DNA of 15,567 nucleotides, from assembly GCA_046483985.1 (NCBI GenBank), contig JAWOCD010000051.1, positions 1 to 15,567 of the forward strand, read 5' to 3'. The translations under genes and the position numbers were made by a program. Of this stretch, positions 8,701 to 15,567 are shown one piece after another. The stretch comes from Promethearchaeia archaeon. GTDB lineage: Archaea > Asgardarchaeota > Lokiarchaeia > Sigyniarchaeales > SOKP01. A model generated the notes under the pieces. That model had not been told where the DNA came from. It saw nothing but the letters and a program-made list of their open reading frames with translations, and searched no databases. Within the stretch, counting starts at the first letter, position 1, and every line of letters begins with the position of its first letter.

Positions 8701-10210
8701 TTAATTTTAAACGCATATTAAAGATATCATTTTCGATTTCTTTGAGTTTTTCTTTCTCTTCTTCTAACCGTTCCAAGTTGATCTTCGTATCGGAGATAAT
8801 TAGTTTTTCGATAAAGGTATCCAGATAAAAGTAATACTTTTTTTTGATTAGATATTTGCGTTTTGTTCTAATTTTTCCCTTAAAGAAATGCTCTTCTTTC
8901 ATATCGTCTATTAATTCTATAACATCCTTAACTTTTAGTTCCTCAACGGGAAAATCGGATTTATGCTCTGATACAATATCAGATATCGAGATAACGCTAT
9001 TTTCCCTTAGCGAATTATATACAGCTTTTGCAACTATTTGCTCTTTGGCATTTAAACCTTTAATGTAATTATGAAATTTATGTTCGTTATTAATTATCCT
9101 CAAGTTAAAAACATAATTTAAATTTATATAGGAAACGATATCTTCCATAACATCGGAAAGTCCGAACAGACAAGTAATTTTATTGAGATCAAGGAACGTT
9201 TTATCTTCGAGTTCCTTAAAGATTGCTCGTTCGATTTCATCGATAAACTTTTCCCAAATGAGTGATAAGATAATTATAAGTTTTGAGATGTCTTGAATCT
9301 TTCTTGGGCTCCAATTATCTTTATTTGCTAATATTTTTGTTAGGTGGGAATTTATATAGGCATATATTCCAGCAGGATTATAATCAAAGAACCAAGAAAA
9401 CGTATGTAGAGTGTATACGGTCCAAAAAGTCTCATTTATGGTAGATCTCTCCTCTGAAAAATTATATCCTCCGTCTTCTTTTTGTTGCCCATTTAGATAC
9501 TCCAAATCCTCTCTTTTAACCTTAGAGTTTAACCCTAAGTAATTTAAACAGAGGAGTTTAAAATTTACACTGTAATCTTCCGTAGTCTTACTGATAAAGT
9601 TCAAAAATTTTGATTGCTGGATTCGGATATCCGTTTTTAATAAAGAAAAAATTTCAATTATGAAAAAGAGCGTTTTTTCGGGCGGAAATCCTCCACATAT
9701 TTCGCAATCTTTATTTTTGCAATGGATAAATATGTTTTTTTTCTGATGCGATATGATAAACCGCTTAATTTCAGATGGAACCCGACCTTTTCCTTTTGAT
9801 TGTAAATATTCCTTCAAAACACCCAGAATTTTCATTGAGACCAAGGCGTAATACGTAGACCGGACATTGGGATACTTTTTAGGAGAAGCGGGATTCTCCT
9901 TAAATCCTATTCTCCCATCTTTTAGTTCGTATTGACAACTCTGGATAAATTTATACAATTCTTCTGTTTTCGCAAAATTTTGCTTGAAATACTTTCCCAA
10001 TAATAGAAACCAATACACTTTTTTTAGGGTAAGGCTTTTATCATCAAGCAAGTTTTTCTTGAAATATTCATAAAATTCATCCAACTGGTCATAAGCACTA
10101 AAGAAAAAACTGCCGATCTTTCGATCCTTAATTAAACTAAAGGATTTGAAGGGCGCTTTTTTGAATGTAGTGATATAAGGATAGCCAGATTTTTCTTCAA
10201 TTATTGTCAA
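5792..10210 (-). CDS. 1472-aa multidomain protein: prenyltransferase/squalene-oxidase-like repeats, PCI-like winged helices, long coiled coils, C-terminal 2-TM anchor
   Basis: Uninterrupted ORF with TTG start and GGAG ~10 nt upstream. PFTB-like repeats FIQSCQ..DGRIGF..PNVRSTYYAL and YLNGQQKEDGGY..STINETFWTV. PCI-like segments at aa ~945-990 and ~1339-1384. E/K-rich heptad regions. Hydrophobic hairpin at aa ~1421-1464 followed by KKREKEKV. The CDS itself is secure; domain calls are by motif recognition. Confidence 0.85.
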   Translation of the reverse strand: MTIIEEKSGYPYITTFKKAPFKSFSLIKDRKIGSFFFSAYDQLDEFYEYFKKNLLDDKSLTLKKVYWFLLLGKYFKQNFAKTEELYKFIQSCQYELKDGRIGFKENPASPKKYPNVRSTYYALVSMKILGVLKEYLQSKGKGRVPSEIKRFIISHQKKNIFIHCKNKDCEICGGFPPEKTLFFIIEIFSLLKTDIRIQQSKFLNFISKTTEDYSVNFKLLCLNYLGLNSKVKREDLEYLNGQQKEDGGYNFSEERSTINETFWTVYTLHTFSWFFDYNPAGIYAYINSHLTKILANKDNWSPRKIQDISKLIIILSLIWEKFIDEIERAIFKELEDKTFLDLNKITCLFGLSDVMEDIVSYINLNYVFNLRIINNEHKFHNYIKGLNAKEQIVAKAVYNSLRENSVISISDIVSEHKSDFPVEELKVKDVIELIDDMKEEHFFKGKIRTKRKYLIKKKYYFYLDTFIEKLIISDTKINLERLEEEKEKLKEIENDIFNMRLKLKKTSNQIKEEVKSYLILNEIDLAKQRLRFILRDALMNADFLNENIENNFNVDLYYINIRARLSTEIKKWQKEYSRLKQKLKNIDQDLQVEIAEKEELRKLNFKLEKLDEKIFQTGNYYNKRINDFRKYLRETLQDGYTEDKFSLIKREFRSIKDSVEKFDQKIFDFSKNISTEEEVILKKHREVINNWISIKEEMSEVFEYYEHGFQFFEDYLEKLEQIKQRINRDIKNIEDKIADSIQEKEFQEAFEIIKKQSEEQLKEKSKEIKKIQKAVDKELTKNQKLFLLYRHLQNKSDQIEENLIDLIEEPVSDLRSKVIKKRNKVKIKNFEDFISENASTYRSKIQNYKEELSDPQIIKNLEISDIEDDLEELKEDFQEIDEQFEEKLEACNELVKDFNEKLKVSIIKWKKFKEFFYDELENVRDEFINSIISAKINKLINRTKTNSILIKDLKKSVNLKCKILVKRIKDMIDMSKLEGELDEKENYLLVYTEQYFKIKKLNNYVENSLLKKNYESVGKILALYDSAIKHKTLKINLSELQDRINELSDFDKEMMKKFNEKVRSLGIDQTLKDFKEIKQNFGSRINKDAQALMDIKKNLKLFSDLQSFIISRYNNAKLELREFETSIEKKINKTESYEKVNAYFTKKREKFENRLENIEDEIDEKIKKSIDDDFKSENLDAELREIYVNNKNHFFKEYEEKKDKLRDKINILKHEDLREKLLNYINERKIFFSQLLGTLQKRVKEYIEIREFKKANNKIRKRKENILDLIGEAKKEIKNLNKRYSKKAKNFETKNKYLFEDFDKFLKEFGETVEEKAKNLHRMILKSYVEMSIKAVANGFLTISFINNELKIKKKRIQDYLIYLIGSDQLPGKYDPRLGIYYEDPRVLENINEEELQVIKKMNYKVYMFLTRLKNFTTQYSSIIAFFASTLTITYYSFVLTGENPMVAAIPLLFITFVIAYLMFKKREKEKV

Positions 10211-10388
10211 AATAAAAATTCTCCACTTTTCTCTATTAAAAGAAAAGAAAATTCAAGATAATAAGTTTTGAGATCATCAAAATTAAAAGTTTTAAGATTT
10301 ACCTTTAACAAAAATAATAATATTATTTTGGAATCTTCAATTTTACCAAAATAGTTAAGAATTTTTTTATAGACAAGAAGTGAATATA

Positions 10389-11582
10389 ATGGTATCTCGG
10401 AGATTAAGAGACCTTTCATACGCTATTCGGGATATAGCGGTGATCGCAGATAAGGTAGAAGCGTCAGGCAAGGAAGTCTATCATTTAAACATAGGCGATC
10501 CGGTTATTTATGATTTTCAAACTCCTAAGTACATCTCTCAAGCTTTGGCAGACGCCACATTTGCGGGTCAAAATTATTACGTTAATTCTCTGGGTGTTCC
10601 CGAGTTGCGAGAAGAGATTTGTCGATACGAAAAGGCAAAGAATGGAATTGCCATCACTCCCGATGATATACTTGTTACTTCGGGGGTGACGGAAGGAATC
10701 TTTTTCCTATTGGCTGGTTTATTAGAAAATGGAGAAGAACTTCTATTACCTGGTCCAACATATCCCGTATATCCCAACTATTCAAAATTCTTTGATGGAG
10801 TCCCGGTGGAATATGAATTAGATGAATCAAACAGATGGGATCCAAATATTGATGATCTCCGACAGAAAATATCAGACAAGACAAAAGCAATTTTGATTGG
10901 TTCTCCCAATAATCCCACGGGTGTAATATATAGCGACCAAAAGGTAAAACAAATTATTGATATTGCCGGAGAGCACGATATTCCGATAATCTCGGACGAA
11001 ATCTACGATCAAATTATATTTGAAAAACAATATACATGTCCAGCCTCGCTCAGTAAGGATGTGCCCATTATCGGGTTAAATGGGTTCTCTAAGGCGCATT
11101 TGGCTACTGGTTGGAGAATGGGATATATGTATTATTATGATCCGGAGAAAAAGATCATAGATTTAAAACGCGGCATTGAAAAAATGGCGAGGGCTCGATT
11201 ATGCGCAAATTCAATCGCTCAATACGCCGCTATTGAAGCTTTAAGAAACCCCGGACCTCATACCGAAAAGATGGTTAGGAAATTACGAGTCAGGCGGGAT
11301 TATTCCTATAAACGCTTGAAACGCATTGAAAGAATTACATGTGTTAAGCCAGACGGCGCTTTTTATCTCTTTCCAAAAATTGATCTCGATGAATTTTCCC
11401 AATGGGACACGGATAAAGAATTTGTAATTGATTTGCTCAAGAAAACTGGAGTCTGCACCGTATTCGGCTCCGGATTTGGGAATCACGGGAAGGATCATTT
11501 TCGGCTCACATACCTCCCTCAAGTGGAAGTCTTGGAGAAAGTATATGACATCATTGAGGAATTCATCAATAAAGCCCAATAG
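10389..11582 (+). CDS. PLP-dependent class I/II aminotransferase, AlaA/alanine-aminotransferase-like
   Basis: LSYAIRDI and LNIGDP N-terminus, PNNPTG, SDEIYD, PLP-lysine motif NGFSKAHLATGWRMG, GAFYLFP, GSGFG and HFRLTYLP. Start is ATG 10389 or GTG 10380. Confidence 0.93.
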   Translation: MVSRRLRDLSYAIRDIAVIADKVEASGKEVYHLNIGDPVIYDFQTPKYISQALADATFAGQNYYVNSLGVPELREEICRYEKAKNGIAITPDDILVTSGVTEGIFFLLAGLLENGEELLLPGPTYPVYPNYSKFFDGVPVEYELDESNRWDPNIDDLRQKISDKTKAILIGSPNNPTGVIYSDQKVKQIIDIAGEHDIPIISDEIYDQIIFEKQYTCPASLSKDVPIIGLNGFSKAHLATGWRMGYMYYYDPEKKIIDLKRGIEKMARARLCANSIAQYAAIEALRNPGPHTEKMVRKLRVRRDYSYKRLKRIERITCVKPDGAFYLFPKIDLDEFSQWDTDKEFVIDLLKKTGVCTVFGSGFGNHGKDHFRLTYLPQVEVLEKVYDIIEEFINKAQ

Positions 11583-11650
11583 ATTAGCTCTTCTTTATCT
11601 CTAATCTCGTTAGGCTTTTTATTTAGAACCTAAATTTCGAAGAATAAAGA

Positions 11651-11670
11651 TTTATATGAGAATCTCATAT
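11651..11670 (+). promoter_or_regulatory. TATA-like box overlapped by a perfect 8-1-8 palindrome (putative repressor operator)
   Basis: TTTATAT at 11651-11657; ATATGAGA-A-TCTCATAT at 11654-11670; ATG of the next ORF at 11683. Confidence 0.5.
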
Positions 11671-11682
11671 TGCTAGTTAGAT

Positions 11683-11919
11683 ATGAATCTGATATTTGCG
11701 CTGGGTGCGCATTCCTTTGTCTTTTTTACAATGATGGCGTATTTACTTGCAATAGTTTTATCGAATAAATTTTCCACGCAATTTACGTATTCATTTGGTC
11801 TTCTGACCCTTCTCTTCTTCTGCATACTCATGGTAGATATTGCAGGGTTGGGTATCTCTCGATCTATTATGGCGATTGGACAAAAACTCGGTCGCTTGGT
11901 GTTATGCTCCCCCTATTGA
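11683..11919 (+). CDS. Small hydrophobic protein (~2 TM), possibly a 3'-truncated membrane-protein gene
   Basis: 78-aa ORF with two hydrophobic stretches, a correctly spaced TATA-like box and an operator-like palindrome upstream; no recognised family. Confidence 0.4.
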   Translation: MNLIFALGAHSFVFFTMMAYLLAIVLSNKFSTQFTYSFGLLTLLFFCILMVDIAGLGISRSIMAIGQKLGRLVLCSPY

Positions 11920-12052
11920 ATGTCCAAGCCGTCGGGAAGTTTGCCCGCCAATAAGGAAATTGCCATTGCTAGCAAAAAGACCAAGCCGAGGGGCATTAGC
12001 AGGGTAAAGAGGCTTTTATAATAAAAGGATCAGCTTTAAAAATGAATCCTAC

Positions 12053-12118
12053 ATATAATGATTATTGACTAATAGTTTATAGTCAACAGATAATTTGTTG
12101 GTTGCTAAACCAACAAAT
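12053..12118. promoter_or_regulatory. Cluster of operator-like palindromes upstream of katG
   Basis: Per/Fur-box-like ATATAATGATTATTG (12053-12067); TTGACTA-N8-TAGTCAA (12065-12086); ATTTGTTGGTT-GCTA-AACCAACAAAT (12093-12118). Confidence 0.55.
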
Positions 12119-12174
12119 CAATAATCCAAATTTTATGTAGAAAATATTTGAATAGACCTCTTATAAAATGATGA

Positions 12175-14379
<2,205 letters not shown>

Positions 14380-14413
14380 TTGATTAACCAGTACGAAACT
14401 AAATAATTAAAAT

Positions 14414-14428
14414 AATTTTTTCTTTTTT
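14414..14428 (+). terminator. Putative oligo-T terminator of katG
   Basis: T-rich tract (TTTTTTCTTTTTT) ~35 nt after the stop codon. Confidence 0.4.
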
Positions 14429-14648
14429 ACAATCTTATTATTTCGGATAATTTCAATGTTCCTCTAAAATATTCAATAATTAAGGATTTAAGATTTTTCT
14501 ACAACTGGAATTATCTTTTTCATCAATTTATCTTAAAAGATTATATCCAAGGCTTCAGTAAGCAACTTAAAACTCTATTTAACTCTAAATAAGCATTTTT
14601 TTAGGAAAGGTTTTACGAATTCTTTTTCAAATATTTAAGTTTCTCCAA

Positions 14649-14909
14649 TTAATTTCCCAGATTTAAACGAGGTATTAGATAATTTTCGGTAATCTCTCTC
14701 TTGGTGGAGGCAATGCATTCCGCTCCCATTCTAATATGGTCGAGAGGAAAATTATTCCGGTGGATATTGAGAATCTCTGAGCGCATCTCGGCTTTATTGT
14801 ACGGGTCGAGATTCTTTCGGAAAAGCGAGAGGTATTTGGATAATCGGATTTTACGGTCCTTCCCTCCCTCCTCGTAAATTTTTAAGAGGATTTTTAAGAA
14901 ATAACACAT
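14649..14909 (-). pseudogene. Possible gene remnant or small hypothetical ORF
   Basis: 86-aa ORF whose distal part (YEEGGKDRKIRLSKY...ITENYL) has protein-like composition and raised GC; no convincing start signals and no recognised family. Confidence 0.25.
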
Positions 14910-15075
14910 ATTTTTGCAATTTCTTAATTCTAAGTTTCTCCTCGACCCTTATCCAAGGAAAAAGAAAAAAATTCCTTGCAAACTGAAGTTTGCTTCGAAC
15001 AACTAGACTTTTTTTCATAACACAACCGTAAAACGGCAAAGCATCCGCTCATAGTGATGATACTTGTATATGATC

Positions 15076-15115
15076 ATAAAAAAGATTAAAATAATGATAA
15101 AAAAGATTAAAATAA
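15076..15115. repeat. Short tandem duplication
   Basis: ATAAAAAAGATTAAAATAA occurs identically at 15076-15094 and 15097-15115 (period 21). Confidence 0.8.
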
Positions 15116-15363
15116 AGTTAAAATTCTCAACAGTGGGAATTAATGTTAAAACTATTTTTAATAGTTTAGTCTTCTAATCTTTAGAATCTGAATCATATCT
15201 CATAGTCGGTATAAATGTGCCTCCTTTTCAACTTTTTCTTGCTTTTGCCGGAATTAAGGTGTGATCTTGTTCTAGGGGAGACTGAGATTATTTTGAAACC
15301 TCATAAAAAAAGAAAAAATAAAAAAAGAGATTTTGAAGTAAACCGTTGTTTATGATTGGAATC

Positions 15364-15498
15364 TTATTTCATAAAGTCTTCTTGGTTTGGTTGTTCCACT
15401 ATTTCCAAAAGGTCATACTCGGTAATCATTTGAAGGATGCCCAGTACTTGCATTCCATGGTCATACATTTCATTTGCGTCGTATTTTTCTGATCGACT
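15364..15498 (-). pseudogene. Probable 3' fragment of an unknown gene (or a 34-aa small ORF from ATG 15468)
   Basis: Reads SRSEKYDANEMYDHGMQVLGILQMITEYDLLEIVEQPNQEDFMK*, bounded upstream by an in-frame TAA at 15501-15499 and followed by a T-rich terminator-like tract on the minus strand (~15305-15330). Confidence 0.35.
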
Positions 15499-15567
15499 TT
15501 ATAAAAAATATAAAAAAATTATTGAGGAAAACAATAAGATTGTTGCTTTAGGTGAAGTTGGCCTGGA
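15491..15567 (+). pseudogene. tatD: TatD-family hydrolase fragment lacking its N-terminus; runs off the window edge
   Basis: Frame reads DRLYKKYKKIIEENNKIVALGEVGL(D), matching the TatD IVAIGEIGLD motif. An in-frame TGA at 15431-15433 leaves no room for the N-terminal DxHxH motif. Confidence 0.6.

Noticed and set aside
5792-10210. SMC/Rad50 chromosome-partition protein
   Set aside because: No Walker A/B or ABC signature and no hinge; it has a C-terminal TM anchor instead.
8039-11579. ORFs 8039..8272, 8844..9068, 10207..10419, 10577..10777, 10675..10890 and 11283..11579
   Set aside because: They are antisense to the 1472-aa gene or the aminotransferase, or span the AT-rich divergent promoter; none has recognisable features.
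14851-15039. 62-aa minus-strand ORF as an independent gene or frameshifted partner of 14649..14909
   Set aside because: TTG start without supporting signals and no recognisable motif; cannot be supported without a homology search.

Overview
AT-rich prokaryotic window, most consistent with an Asgard archaeon of the Lokiarchaeia/Promethearchaeota type. This is an inference from TATA-type promoters, a Hef-family helicase, an orphan 7-TM protein and a PCI-like/coiled-coil giant protein, not a taxonomic test. Gene order: stand-alone 7-TM membrane protein (+), nitroreductase (+), Hef/FANCM-like SF2 helicase without a recognisable ERCC4 nuclease (+), a ~120-bp non-autonomous IS200/IS605-type element with a structured RNA core, a 3-TM mini-protein translationally coupled to a 3-TM sensor histidine kinase (+), a 1472-aa protein with a prenyltransferase-like toroid, several PCI-like winged helices, long coiled coils and a C-terminal membrane anchor (-), a class I/II aminotransferase (+), gene debris, katG preceded by a cluster of palindromes (+), more debris, and a 5'-truncated TatD-like fragment at the right edge. 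The best candidates for something undescribed are the 1472-aa protein, the orphan omegaRNA-like mini-element and the split 3TM+3TM kinase sensor. No database searches were run; all family calls come from motif recognition.
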